Positions 18,429-27,857 of a DNA stretch of 64,000 nt are shown piece by piece. Position numbers and translations under genes: made by a program. This DNA comes from a virus. The notes beneath the pieces are model-generated. The model did no database searches. It saw nothing but the letters and a program-made list of their open reading frames with translations, and was not told the DNA's origin. The stretch lies in the IMG/VR virus record IMGVR_UViG_3300048909_000109. One strand, given 5' to 3'. The stretch's first letter is position 1, and each line of letters opens with the position of its first letter.

Positions 18429-19258
18429 TCATCGTCTCCATCCGGGTCTACATAGTCGTTGTTATGTCCAGGGTGGTTTGCCCTGAGGTAATCGATCAGC
18501 TCGCGACGGCGACGACCCTTGATGCGTTTGTCAGCATCCATCTTCACCCGAAGCGCCTGTGCGAACTTCTGGATGCCTCGATAGTGCTCCTCACATACGT
18601 AGCGAGCAGACCACTTGATGATCCAGTCATAGAAATACCGATCCTTCTTCTTAATGCGCTCGAGCTCGGCAATCGGATCCTCAAGGTGTGGGATCAGTGT
18701 CACGAAATACATCGGGTGGACTGTAACATTGGCGAAGTGACAAGTCATCCCAAGAAATTCCATGCCCGAGAAATCGAAATCCTTGAGCAGCACATCGCGG
18801 ATAAAGATCAAATCCGCAGGAAACTTCTTCAGCAGCTCAGTCGTGCGATAGAAGACGTCGATTGCATAGGAGGCGTTCTTGCCACCCTTGATCTGCGTCA
18901 GCGTCACTGACTGGATGCACGGACCCATGACCGAGGCCCGCTTCGACTTCTTCTCAGAGTCGTTCTTCACGAAGTGATTGTAGGTGGTGAAGCCCACCGA
19001 ACCATAGGACGTTTTCTTACGCCTCAGATCCCAGAGCTTCAACGCTGCAACGATAGACTCAAGATGCAAGTAGCCTCTAGTGAGGTGTCCGATCTTGTTC
19101 TTTGTGTATCCGCAGTCCTCGAGCACGAGTGGATCGTCGTCATCCCACAGGTCATGGAATGTCACGGTTCTCGGTCGAATAATCTTGCGACATCCCGAGT
19201 AGAGGTCAGCCTCGCGGCGTGACATCCGTAGGACTTCGTCGATCCACTCTTGCTTCAT
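18425..19258 (-). CDS. Divergent second ThyA-fold protein
   Basis: MGPCIQSV (PC motif), YRTTELLKKFPAD aligns with RSxD-x7-D/N; ANVTVH. Confidence 0.6.
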   Translation of the reverse strand: MKQEWIDEVLRMSRREADLYSGCRKIIRPRTVTFHDLWDDDDPLVLEDCGYTKNKIGHLTRGYLHLESIVAALKLWDLRRKKTSYGSVGFTTYNHFVKNDSEKKSKRASVMGPCIQSVTLTQIKGGKNASYAIDVFYRTTELLKKFPADLIFIRDVLLKDFDFSGMEFLGMTCHFANVTVHPMYFVTLIPHLEDPIAELERIKKKDRYFYDWIIKWSARYVCEEHYRGIQKFAQALRVKMDADKRIKGRRRRELIDYLRANHPGHNNDYVDPDGDDE

Positions 19259-19260
19259 GC

Positions 19261-19455
19261 TTATTCCTTCTCGAGGCGAGCCCGGACAAAACAGTCCTTG
19301 GCCTCGAGCAGTTTACGAAGACCCGCTGATTTCTCGGCGCAATCGGGTAGATCGTTATCCATCTGCGTTGCCAGGTCACCGCATGGACCAGACACGAGTT
19401 GAAGATGCTCAGGCAAATGGGTGTAACTGAAATGCCTCATGATTGGACTTGCCAT
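19261..19455 (-). CDS. Small helical-hairpin protein, possible Acb2/Tad1-like anti-defence sponge
   Basis: FSYTHLPEHLQ...AEKSAGLRKLLEAKDCFVRARL. Confidence 0.5.
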   Translation of the reverse strand: MASPIMRHFSYTHLPEHLQLVSGPCGDLATQMDNDLPDCAEKSAGLRKLLEAKDCFVRARLEKE

Positions 19456-19464
19456 AGATCCCTC

Positions 19465-20223
19465 TTACTGATTGGTGCCCATGAACTCTGTCTCCGGCTC
19501 GGGCACACCGAAGACCTCGTCGAAGATTGCGTTGTCGGTGACCAGATCCCTGTGGTCAGGTGCAGTCCAGCCCGGAGGCTTGCCGATGTCATACTTGGCT
19601 ACACGGCCGGTGTCAGCACAGTTGCGCTCGCCGTCGTCCTTGACTTCGACACGAACCTTTGCCATGTTGGCAGTAACGACGCGCTTCCATGCTTCAAAGA
19701 ATACCTTGCGTCCAAATTGGAGGTCGGCCGTTCCGAGCACAACCCAGATGGAGTCACACAAGGCGTCGAGCTGAAGCTCCAGTTCGTTGAGGATGTCGCG
19801 GCGATCCTTGCGTTCTACCGCATCGACGAGTTTCGGGTATTCGTCGCGGTACTCGTGAGTTTCTTCGTCATGGAACTTAGTGCGGAAATCGTGCAGGTCT
19901 TCGGGTAGCATCCGAGGCTTACCAAGATACTCCTGACCGAACTTCGCATGGAACGCGTTCACATCGCCGAGCAGGTCAGGGAAGTCGTGGTCTCGAACGT
20001 GTAGACCCTTGCTGACCATGTCGGCCTGAGCCATGAGCACCGTCTTCATCCAATGAAAACTAGGATCACTCTCACGAGGACCACGATAGTTGGCCGCACT
20101 GACAAGCATATGCCGAACGTCACCCACCTCCTCGACGCGGAACGAGAAGCGAGCAATGACTTCATCCTCAAGGTCTAGGACGTCCACCGACTGCTCGCCA
20201 ACCACTTGACGGTCATCAACCAT
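19465..20223 (-). CDS. MazG-like all-alpha NTP pyrophosphatase (DR2231/dUTPase type) with extra N-terminal domain
   Basis: DVNAFHAKFG, EETHEY, LDALCD, ANMAK, KPPGW.APD. Confidence 0.85.
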   Translation of the reverse strand: MVDDRQVVGEQSVDVLDLEDEVIARFSFRVEEVGDVRHMLVSAANYRGPRESDPSFHWMKTVLMAQADMVSKGLHVRDHDFPDLLGDVNAFHAKFGQEYLGKPRMLPEDLHDFRTKFHDEETHEYRDEYPKLVDAVERKDRRDILNELELQLDALCDSIWVVLGTADLQFGRKVFFEAWKRVVTANMAKVRVEVKDDGERNCADTGRVAKYDIGKPPGWTAPDHRDLVTDNAIFDEVFGVPEPETEFMGTNQ

Positions 20224-20234
20224 ATCTATTCCTT

Positions 20235-20726
20235 TCAGGCTTTGGTATATTCGTTGAAGAAGTGGACGGTCGAGATGAGCCGATCCATGTCATCGCCGAT
20301 GCGATAGACGAAGTGAGCATGCTGAGCAGCCCACAGACGGTACTCGTTCAGCAGAGCCTGTTGGTTCGCCGATAAGAGTTGCTGGTGCCGCTCGGTGTCA
20401 TGCGGCTTGAGTTCGTGGCCTTCATATCCCCGCTCACCCGCGTCGCAGTATATGAGAATAGGATTGCTTTCGTAGAAGAGCATCGTTCGACCAGGCGTGA
20501 TCGGGTTGCCCTCAGGACGGAACTTGCCGTAGATCGCATTGGACACGACTGGGTGGCGAACGAACAACGTTGAGACCCTTTGCTCATAGCGATCAACGCG
20601 AGCATTTATCTCTTCGTCGCTCAGTGGCGGCCCTTCACTTTCTTGGATAATGAGCTCCATATAATCAGCCATGCTCTCAGCAAGTGTGCTCTTGCCAGAG
20701 TTATCCATACCCTCAATCACGATCAT
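20235..20726 (-). CDS. dNMP kinase (thymidylate-kinase-like P-loop)
   Basis: IVIEGMDNSGKST, VRHP. Confidence 0.8.
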   Translation of the reverse strand: MIVIEGMDNSGKSTLAESMADYMELIIQESEGPPLSDEEINARVDRYEQRVSTLFVRHPVVSNAIYGKFRPEGNPITPGRTMLFYESNPILIYCDAGERGYEGHELKPHDTERHQQLLSANQQALLNEYRLWAAQHAHFVYRIGDDMDRLISTVHFFNEYTKA

Positions 20727-20743
20727 TTGGGGAACCCCGCTTG

Positions 20744-20794
20744 TTGACTTGAGTCGACAACCGGTGTTATATTCCCAGAATTCGCCAGTGTCAA
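20744..20794. promoter_or_regulatory. Overlapping divergent sigma70 promoters
   Basis: Plus: TTGACT-18-TATATT. Minus: TTGACA-17-TATAAC. The -10 boxes overlap. Confidence 0.7.
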
Positions 20795-20804
20795 CGGGGG
20801 CATC

Positions 20805-20984
20805 TTGAAACGCCTATCAGATTTCTACTCGGTGGAGGCTGCATCCAAAGCCACCGGGATCAAATATAAGACGCTCCTGCAACGCATCGCCCGAGGCAAG
20901 GTCGAAGCGCAAGAGTTTGGACGCATTAAGCTTGTTCCTGTAGCAGAGGTCGAGCGTCTGAAGAAGGAACAGGCCTCGTGTTAA
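20805..20984 (+). CDS. HTH_17/excisionase-like DNA-binding protein (not in ORF track)
   Basis: TTG start; FYSVEAASKATGIKYKTLLQRIARGKVEA...LVPVAEVERL; overlaps primase GTG. Confidence 0.7.
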   Translation: MKRLSDFYSVEAASKATGIKYKTLLQRIARGKVEAQEFGRIKLVPVAEVERLKKEQASC

Positions 20985-22894
20985 TCACGCGTATTTGGGC
21001 AGAACAACCAGGTAAATTCTTCTGCATATCGACTAAGTCGGGAAGTGGTAACTGGAAAGATCATTTCTTCTCGCCTGATGAGTTTGGTCAAATCCGTAAG
21101 TTTCTGAGGGACAACGATGACAAGGACATCTATTTCTGTCCGCACGGATTTAATCGTCGCGTTCGTCAGAAGGGAGAGGCTGTTCTTCCCAATCTGCTTT
21201 GGGCTGATCTTGACTTTGCTGATCCTAACGGCATGAAACCAAAACCGACGGTGGCTATTGAGTCATCGCCGGGCAGGTTCGTCGGCCTGTGGGTATTGAA
21301 GGATCAGATGACGGAGTCGCTCAATCGGCGACTGACATATCATCTAGACGCGGATCACGGCGGATGGGATTTGACGCAGGTTCTGCGCTTCCCAGGAACG
21401 AGGAACTACAAATATAGCTCACAACCAAAGGTGCGCGTCCTGTGGGATGATGGACCAACGTGGTCAACTAAGCGCATCGAGAAGTATTTGCCTGAAGAGG
21501 ATCCCGAGGAAGAAGGCGAAAACCTTTCAGCTGCCGAGGTATTCGAGCTGTATCAGGGAAAGCTACCTAGGTGGGTTCGGCGTGAACTGCTAGCGAAGAA
21601 GATCACCGGGAGGGCTGATCGATCTGAAATGCTATGGAAATTGGAGAATGCTTGCGTCGAGTCAGGTATGACACTCGAGGAAGCGTTCGCCGTCATCAAG
21701 GGATCAGCTTGGAACAAGTTCAAGGGACGCCGCAACGAGGACGCACAACTGAGGCGTGAGCTGTCGAAGATCGTTGAACACCAATTCAAAGAGAAACCCA
21801 AAGGTGCTGATAAGCGCCATAGGAAGGCAGATGATGAAGAGTCCGAAGAGGAGAAACGTCCTCACGGGTTCATTCGGTTTGAGTCGATGGACGATGTGAA
21901 GCAGGAAGAGCTTGACTTCATCTGGCGTCCTTACCTTGCACGAGGTGAGGTATCAATCCTCGAAGGCGATCCGGGATTGGGGAAGAGCTACCTAGCACAG
22001 ATGGTGGCAGGGTCGATTGCTACAGGACGCAGACTGATTAGTCCTTACAAGGGATCACCGAAGGTTACTGGTCCTGTCGTCTATTTCGATATGGAGAACA
22101 GTGCAGGATCAGTGACCAAGCCTCGCCTGACACAGAATGGGTTCACTGACTTCTCCGGTATGTATAACGTAGTCCAGCAACCGTTCAGCATCGATGACGA
22201 AGACGCGAAGGATTATATCTACGAAGAGTTTGAACGGATCAAGCCTGCACTCGCCGTGTTCGATACACTCAACACCTACATCGGTAAGGCTGACACCCAT
22301 AAGGGATCGGAGGTAGCTCAGGCATTTGGGTTCTTCATGCAGCTAGCTCGTGACTTCAACTGCTCGGTACTTGTGCTGCGTCACCTTGTCAAAGGTGGAG
22401 GGTCAGCGATCTATCGAGGTCAAGGCTCAATCACATTCGCCGGACTCGCTCGCGTCGTTATGTCTGTGGGCGTAGATCCTGATGACACGGACACTCGGGC
22501 AATGGCAATCACCAAGATGAACTTTGCCAAGCCCCCACAGGCATTGACGTTCCGCATCGAAGAACGGAAGAAGGGTGCATCCGAGTTTGTATGGGGTGAC
22601 TTCGTTAACCTCTCATCGCAGGAAATCATGGATGCCGCTGCTGAGGCACGAGCCGAAGGAAAGCAGGGAACTGGGATGCAAGATGCGATGGAATTCCTAG
22701 AGGCTACGATCACCAACGCTGCAACTGACATACAGAAGCTGTATAGGATGGGTGAGAAACGGTCAATCTCTCAGAAGATGATTGATCGTGCAGCCTCGAA
22801 GATGAACGTTACGAAGAAGACGCGAGGAAAAGGTAGGGAGCGCGTCGAAACGTGGGAAATTAAGTCCGATGACGAAGAGGATACCGAAGAATGA
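20978..22894 (+). CDS. Primase-helicase (RepB/AEP-like primase plus AAA_25 helicase)
   Basis: LWADLD, SSPGR, LRFPGTRN; GDPGLGKS Walker A, VFDTL, LRHL. Confidence 0.9.
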   Translation: MLITRIWAEQPGKFFCISTKSGSGNWKDHFFSPDEFGQIRKFLRDNDDKDIYFCPHGFNRRVRQKGEAVLPNLLWADLDFADPNGMKPKPTVAIESSPGRFVGLWVLKDQMTESLNRRLTYHLDADHGGWDLTQVLRFPGTRNYKYSSQPKVRVLWDDGPTWSTKRIEKYLPEEDPEEEGENLSAAEVFELYQGKLPRWVRRELLAKKITGRADRSEMLWKLENACVESGMTLEEAFAVIKGSAWNKFKGRRNEDAQLRRELSKIVEHQFKEKPKGADKRHRKADDEESEEEKRPHGFIRFESMDDVKQEELDFIWRPYLARGEVSILEGDPGLGKSYLAQMVAGSIATGRRLISPYKGSPKVTGPVVYFDMENSAGSVTKPRLTQNGFTDFSGMYNVVQQPFSIDDEDAKDYIYEEFERIKPALAVFDTLNTYIGKADTHKGSEVAQAFGFFMQLARDFNCSVLVLRHLVKGGGSAIYRGQGSITFAGLARVVMSVGVDPDDTDTRAMAITKMNFAKPPQALTFRIEERKKGASEFVWGDFVNLSSQEIMDAAAEARAEGKQGTGMQDAMEFLEATITNAATDIQKLYRMGEKRSISQKMIDRAASKMNVTKKTRGKGRERVETWEIKSDDEEDTEE

Positions 22895-22925
22895 GGGTCC
22901 CGCACTTTCCTGGTGCGAGACCCTC
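22893..22925. terminator. Hairpin at the primase 3' end; U-rich tail on minus strand
   Basis: GAGGGTC(C)CGCAC...GTGCG(A)GACCCTC. Confidence 0.5.
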
Positions 22926-23155
22926 GGCAGAGACTCATTGGGGGTCCTGATCGGTCTTGAGCCCCGCGTCGATCAGGCGGATGTTCGGGGCATCGTCTTC
23001 ATAGTCACCTCCTTATGTGTCGAGCTCCCCGCTCGGGGGACGGTCGATAACGGCACGTTGACCTAAGAGCATAATCGCGCACCGGTCGCCGTTCGTCAAC
23101 CACCGCATTCTGACTTAATCTGCACCAGAAAATGCCAGTAGTGGCAATTAGACGA

Positions 23156-23210
23156 TTGACGCCGGATTGCCAGGTGTTTATAGTGGCAGTTGCGTCAATC
23201 ACGACGCAAT
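23156..23210 (+). promoter_or_regulatory. Early promoter with extended AATCAC-loop hairpin
   Basis: TTGACG-17-TATAGT then TTGCGTC-AATCAC-GACGCAA. Confidence 0.75.
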
Positions 23211-23225
23211 GTGGAGGCACATCAA

Positions 23226-23918
23226 ATGAACGACTTGGCGAAGTTAAACCGCCTGCGCGTTAACGCGGGTAAGAAAGAACTGAAGGCATGGAAAGCCGAT
23301 CAGTCAAAGCTCGACGAAGCGGTGAAGACACTTGAAGATGCGGGCTTCACCGATGCACTGCCCGGCGCGAACCCTGACGCCGAACCCGTGATCGAAGATC
23401 CTGAGGTCGCCGCGGCTCGTCCCGCTGAGGAGCCGGCGCCTAAGAAGGAGCCGACGAAAACGAACGGTAAGCCGTCACTCGCTCGCGGTCTCGACACGGA
23501 AAGCTATGCTCATCATTCTCGCAAGGCAGTCCGCGATATTCGCGAGAAAGAGAAGAAGGAAAAGAAGCAAGAAGCTGCACAGCTCAGTCCCGAGGACAAG
23601 CAGCAGATCAAGGACGAGGCGAAGCGCCGCAAGGGTGACCTCGATCCGAAGACTGCGAAGGGCAAGCGCCAGAAGCAGCACATCGCCGACAAGCAGGCGA
23701 AGCGCAAGGCTGAAGGCAAGACTGCCAAGTCACGGGAGAAGAACGCGGATGAAGTCACAGTCGCCGACATCGCCCGCGAACTCAACATCGACCCGAAGAT
23801 CGCTCGGGCGAAGATGCGCCGCTACGAAGGCAAGGACAATTACCCGAAGCCTGTCAAGGGTGAACGCTGGACGTTCCCGAAGTCGGCGAAGGCGGCAATC
23901 GCCAAGATCCTCAAGTAA
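23226..23918 (+). CDS. Lys-rich protein with C-terminal HTH-Trp domain
   Basis: GGAGG RBS; ADIARELNIDPKIARAKMR...RWTFP. Confidence 0.75.
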   Translation: MNDLAKLNRLRVNAGKKELKAWKADQSKLDEAVKTLEDAGFTDALPGANPDAEPVIEDPEVAAARPAEEPAPKKEPTKTNGKPSLARGLDTESYAHHSRKAVRDIREKEKKEKKQEAAQLSPEDKQQIKDEAKRRKGDLDPKTAKGKRQKQHIADKQAKRKAEGKTAKSREKNADEVTVADIARELNIDPKIARAKMRRYEGKDNYPKPVKGERWTFPKSAKAAIAKILK

Positions 23919-23948
23919 ACGCTCGCAGAATATAGTGGCACTGGCGAG

Positions 23949-23999
23949 TTGATCGCCGGTGACCACTATGCGATAACCTACAGGTTGCAATCACGCAAC
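23949..23999 (+). promoter_or_regulatory. Early promoter with +1 hairpin
   Basis: TTGATC-17-GATAAC-6-GTTGC AATCAC GCAAC. Confidence 0.7.
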
Positions 24000-24010
24000 G
24001 GAGGATAACG

Positions 24011-24871
24011 ATGTCCGATCTTGAAGAAATCGCCAAGGCTAAAGCCAAGATAGCGAAGCTGATGAACATGACCGTCGAGAACGGGTGTTCAGAGGACGAG
24101 CAGGAAACGGCAATGTCCATGGCTGCGGCAATCGCTACCCGTTTGGGTATCGAACTGTCGTCGATCCAAGCCGCCACAGGTGGTACTACGAAGCGCAAGG
24201 CAACGAAGAAAGCCTTCAATCAGGCCTGGAAGATACACCAGGTCCTCGCGTTCCAGGCAGCCGGCGAGCTGTATGGTTGCGAGCTCTACACCTACAATCA
24301 TGGTAAGAGCGGATGCTACTTCATCGGCCGCGAGGAGAACATCGAGCTCGCTGAACAGACTGCGTTCTGGCTCATGCGTCAGGTCGAGTTGCTCTACAAG
24401 CAGAGTCTGCCTCGTGGCATGACGCAGGCTGCTCGAGCTGAGTATCGCCGCACGTTCAAAGCCGCCTGTGCATACCGCGTCAATGAGCGAGCCATAAAGC
24501 TCATGCGGGAAATGCAGTTCAACAACGAAGTGGCTCAGAAGACCACAGGCTCGACAGCGCTCGTGGTTCAGGACTACTTCAAGACCCTGCGCCAGGAGAT
24601 TGCGGACTACTACAAACCGACGCCGGAAGAAGAGGCCCGCTGGGAGCAGCAGCGTCTCGAACGTCAGCGCCGTGAGGAAGAACGCCGCAATGCGCTCACA
24701 CCATACGAACGCGAGCAGGAAGACAAGGCACTTGCAGCTCAGCGCAAGAAGGATGAACGCGCAGCAGCACGACGCAAGGGACCTCGGCCTCGCAGACTGC
24801 CGATGGGAAGCGGATCGAGTGCGGGCTTTGCCGCCGGCGACAGCGTTCAGCTCAGGAAGGAGATACGTTGA
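24011..24871 (+). CDS. DUF2786-domain protein
   Basis: KIAKLMNMT..NGCSEDEQETAMSMA N-terminus; GGAGG RBS. Confidence 0.75.
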   Translation: MSDLEEIAKAKAKIAKLMNMTVENGCSEDEQETAMSMAAAIATRLGIELSSIQAATGGTTKRKATKKAFNQAWKIHQVLAFQAAGELYGCELYTYNHGKSGCYFIGREENIELAEQTAFWLMRQVELLYKQSLPRGMTQAARAEYRRTFKAACAYRVNERAIKLMREMQFNNEVAQKTTGSTALVVQDYFKTLRQEIADYYKPTPEEEARWEQQRLERQRREEERRNALTPYEREQEDKALAAQRKKDERAAARRKGPRPRRLPMGSGSSAGFAAGDSVQLRKEIR

Positions 24872-25065
24872 TGCCAAAGGTCGTCAAGACCATGGCCTTC
24901 ATTGTGGATGATGTCACCTATACGGACATCAAGGAAGCAGAGAAGGCCATCCGCACCGCGATCATTCAAGAGGAGATAGATATCTCTCATGGTGACGCTG
25001 CTCAGGTTGCTGAGCAATGGGATGACATCCAGAACAAAGTCAAGGAAGCGATGAGGGGGCTGTAA
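24868..25065 (+). CDS. Hypothetical protein
   Basis: Coupled ORF, AGGAG RBS. Confidence 0.55.
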   Translation: MMPKVVKTMAFIVDDVTYTDIKEAEKAIRTAIIQEEIDISHGDAAQVAEQWDDIQNKVKEAMRGL

Positions 25066-25469
25066 TGGCTTGGAAGTATATCATGCTGCACGACCTGGAA
25101 CGGGATCGGTTCGTGCCTATCATTTTTCCCGACGACTTGGTCCATTCATTCGTTGCCGGCGCCATGCAGTTGGTGATCGAAGCGAACGATCCGAAGAAGG
25201 ATCTACGACCGCGTCAGCTCGAGCAAATGCTCGAACGAGGAACTGCACCTGTGGTCGGCGCGGGTTTCGTCGAAGGCATGGCAGTCTGTGTAGCAATTGG
25301 TGAGAGTGAAAGCTTAGGCATCAAGTCTCGCCCCGAGGATACCCAACTCATCAACAACCATCCATACGAGAAGGGTATGGTCGGATTGGCAGGCGACACC
25401 ACAGAGTTGTTGATCCTGCAGCGGACCATCGAACTGCTGATGACGCGGATGAAAGAAATAACCGGTTGA
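25065..25469 (+). CDS. Hypothetical protein
   Basis: TAATG coupling, 134 aa. Confidence 0.6.
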   Translation: MAWKYIMLHDLERDRFVPIIFPDDLVHSFVAGAMQLVIEANDPKKDLRPRQLEQMLERGTAPVVGAGFVEGMAVCVAIGESESLGIKSRPEDTQLINNHPYEKGMVGLAGDTTELLILQRTIELLMTRMKEITG

Positions 25470-25516
25470 CTCTTGGCATCCGCACATTCATAATGCCCAT
25501 GTTGCAATCACGCGAC
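25466..25516 (+). promoter_or_regulatory. Early promoter with +1 hairpin
   Basis: TTGACT-17-CATAAT-6-GTTGC AATCAC GCGAC. Confidence 0.8.
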
Positions 25517-25526
25517 GGAGAAAGCT

Positions 25527-26024
25527 ATGACGTTCGTTCTCTATGCCCGAGGTCACCGAGCACCGGATATCTATCCGCGTGACCACATCGTTAAGTTCGA
25601 CGACGCATCCCATGCTAAGGTGTGGCTCGAGCGAATGGAGCATAACCTACCCGAGGGGTTCACTGTCAAATCGCAGCAGATGGATCAGATCCGTGCTGCG
25701 CCGTCGACTGACTGGCAGTTGCCGGACGAACGTCTGCAATGGATCCTTCGCTTCAAGTATGGCACATGGGATGAGGTGCATGTGAAGGATGAGCCCGAGG
25801 TCGCTGATGCCAAGCAATCGAAGGACCGCCCGGGGGCTAAGCGTGTATCACGAGCGCAGCGTCCTGACGGTTTCGTGACGATCACTGAGCTGTGCGCTGC
25901 CTCAGGCGTTGCTGCGAGCGATGCGCGAGCGATATTGCGAGCGAACTTCGAGAAGCCTGAATACGGCTGGGCGTTCGCACCGAAGGAAGTGGCGAAGATC
26001 AAGAAGTTGGTCGGGATTAAGTGA
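25527..26024 (+). CDS. HTH-Trp family protein; full-length paralog of 45768-46490
   Basis: FVLYA...LRFKYGT...ITELCAASGV..SDARAILR...YGW. Confidence 0.7.
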   Translation: MTFVLYARGHRAPDIYPRDHIVKFDDASHAKVWLERMEHNLPEGFTVKSQQMDQIRAAPSTDWQLPDERLQWILRFKYGTWDEVHVKDEPEVADAKQSKDRPGAKRVSRAQRPDGFVTITELCAASGVAASDARAILRANFEKPEYGWAFAPKEVAKIKKLVGIK

Positions 26025-26031
26025 GGAACAT

Positions 26032-26298
26032 ATGAAGACCCGTTGGATAGTTCAGAAGTCTCATAAAGTCGCCGGACCGGGTGAGTACGAAGTGGCAACG
26101 CTCGAAGAACTGCGTCAACTCATGCAGGACAGAGCAGACTCGTATATCTCCACAGATGAGCATCCGCCGCTCGGTGAACTCGAGTTCCGCTATGAGTTGG
26201 ACGATGGTGATGAACCGTTCATCATCCATGTCTACTTCTACAACAAGCACGGCGACCGTTCGCGGTTTGCAAGGCTGGTCCGCGATGACGATGTTTGA
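26032..26298 (+). CDS. Hypothetical protein
   Basis: GAGGA RBS before ATG 26032. Confidence 0.55.
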   Translation: MKTRWIVQKSHKVAGPGEYEVATLEELRQLMQDRADSYISTDEHPPLGELEFRYELDDGDEPFIIHVYFYNKHGDRSRFARLVRDDDV

Positions 26299-26503
26299 TC
26301 CCGAACCAAATGAGTGCGCTGGCTGTCTGCGTAAGATATCCGCGCCTAATGTCTGGTTGTGTGACCCGTGCGTATCGATAGCTGTAGAGGCTGGGTTCGA
26401 AGCCACGCCGTATCATCACCCGGGCAAAGAATGCACTGACTTCCTGTGGAACAAAGCGATGGAGAGACAACGTGCCGAGGCAACGAAGCGTAGTGATGGA
26501 TAA
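26291..26503 (+). CDS. Small Zn-finger-like protein
   Basis: CAGC...CDPC. Confidence 0.5.
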   Translation: MFDPEPNECAGCLRKISAPNVWLCDPCVSIAVEAGFEATPYHHPGKECTDFLWNKAMERQRAEATKRSDG

Positions 26504-26750
26504 GCATGACGCGAAGTCACTCCATGACGCGGCTATAAAACGATCTACCAAGCTGTATAGCCCGTATGAGTCAGTTGCGGGAGAGCTCGCCGGTGTCGAT
26601 CCTGACGTCTACGCAGTTGTCTATCGTGCGCCTCTGGGCGGTGATCGCTACGTAGTCGCAACACGAACCCGCGCTGACAACGCCAAGAAGCTTCGAGACC
26701 TGCTCAATCAAGCTTGGGCTGAAGGTCATTGGTCCTCGGGTCGAGGATAA
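26496..26750 (+). CDS. Hypothetical protein
   Basis: Coupled ORF. Confidence 0.5.
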   Translation: MDKHDAKSLHDAAIKRSTKLYSPYESVAGELAGVDPDVYAVVYRAPLGGDRYVVATRTRADNAKKLRDLLNQAWAEGHWSSGRG

Positions 26751-26765
26751 ATCAGAATTGGACAG

Positions 26766-26816
26766 TTGATTGATAGTCACCAGGATCGTATAATGTCCAG
26801 GTTGCAACGACGCAAC
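26766..26816 (+). promoter_or_regulatory. Early promoter with +1 hairpin
   Basis: TTGATT-17-TATAAT-6-GTTGC AACGAC GCAAC. Confidence 0.8.
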
Positions 26817-26832
26817 ACGAAAGGAATTGACC

Positions 26833-27854
26833 ATGTCCGTGACCTTTACATGCCGCAAGCTGTCTGACCGCGTCGATGATTTCCGGTGCAACGAGACCGG
26901 CGTTCATTATCAGATCGAACGCACTGGCGACGGCTACGTGATCCTCAACTCCGGCAACGTGGTTGCTCACCGCACCGAACGGCCGATGGCTGTCACCTAC
27001 ATCGAACAACAGGCCGAACTCGACTTCCGCACCGCGCAGGCCGAGTCCGCGTTCGCTAACGATTGCGGCGCATGGCCTGTGGGAAGCTGCTAATGACCGT
27101 GCGCGATTATTTCGAGATAGCCTTTCACGACTATCTTGGGTGTCACTCGGACCAATCCGTCCGTGACGCGCTCAGCTCCATGCCGCTCGACAGCACCTGT
27201 GGTGATGATTGCAAGGCCGCAATCGACGCGGGTGCCGTTCTCCAATATCATGTGCGCCGCGGATATGGCGATGATCGTCCTGAGCTGATCTATCCGATTG
27301 CTCAGGCCGTCGCCGACACCTGCTGCGTATTCATCTGTGGGTGATATGATGGAAATCCGCTTCAAGACCCATGCCGTGACGGAAATCAACAAGCTCCCGC
27401 ATGTGAAGGCTCGGCTCGAGACCTTCGACCCTGATGAATTGCGGGTAACGTTCCGCGGTCTGTCGAAGGATCGCGAGGAAGCCGTCGCATACTACACAAC
27501 AGATCCACAGGACGCTTATGACACGGCCGTCCAGATGGAGAAGAACTGGAGGACGCAATGCCATTAGAGCCTTATGAGGAATTGAAGCAGATCCGTTCGC
27601 AGCCGTTGCCCGGCGGACATGGTCGTATTCAACGCCGTCTTGAACGTGAACGGCAGCTGTCCGACCAGATCGTAGAGAGTCTGTTCGTGCAGATGAACGA
27701 CTGCGAGGGTGCTCGTGGTCTATTCGAGCTCTACATGGAACTGCTATGCGGAAAGGATGTCGATGATCCCGGCATCGTCTTGACTGAGCCGTTCCTGTCG
27801 CTCTGGAAAGATTATCATCCAGACGATGATGGTGAAGAAATCACTGGCGAATAA
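26833..27854 (+). other. Run of four small coupled hypothetical CDSs (26833-27093, 27093-27344, ~27346-27567, 27558-27854)
   Basis: Abutting or overlapping ORFs with RBSs downstream of the 26766 promoter. Confidence 0.55.
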
Positions 27855-27857
27855 CGG

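Noticed and set aside
16854-20726. YuA/SPO1-type hydroxymethyluracil or thymidine hypermodification
   Set aside because: The specificity residue is Asp, not Asn, and no hmU-DNA kinase or transferase genes were recognised. Not fully excluded without biochemistry
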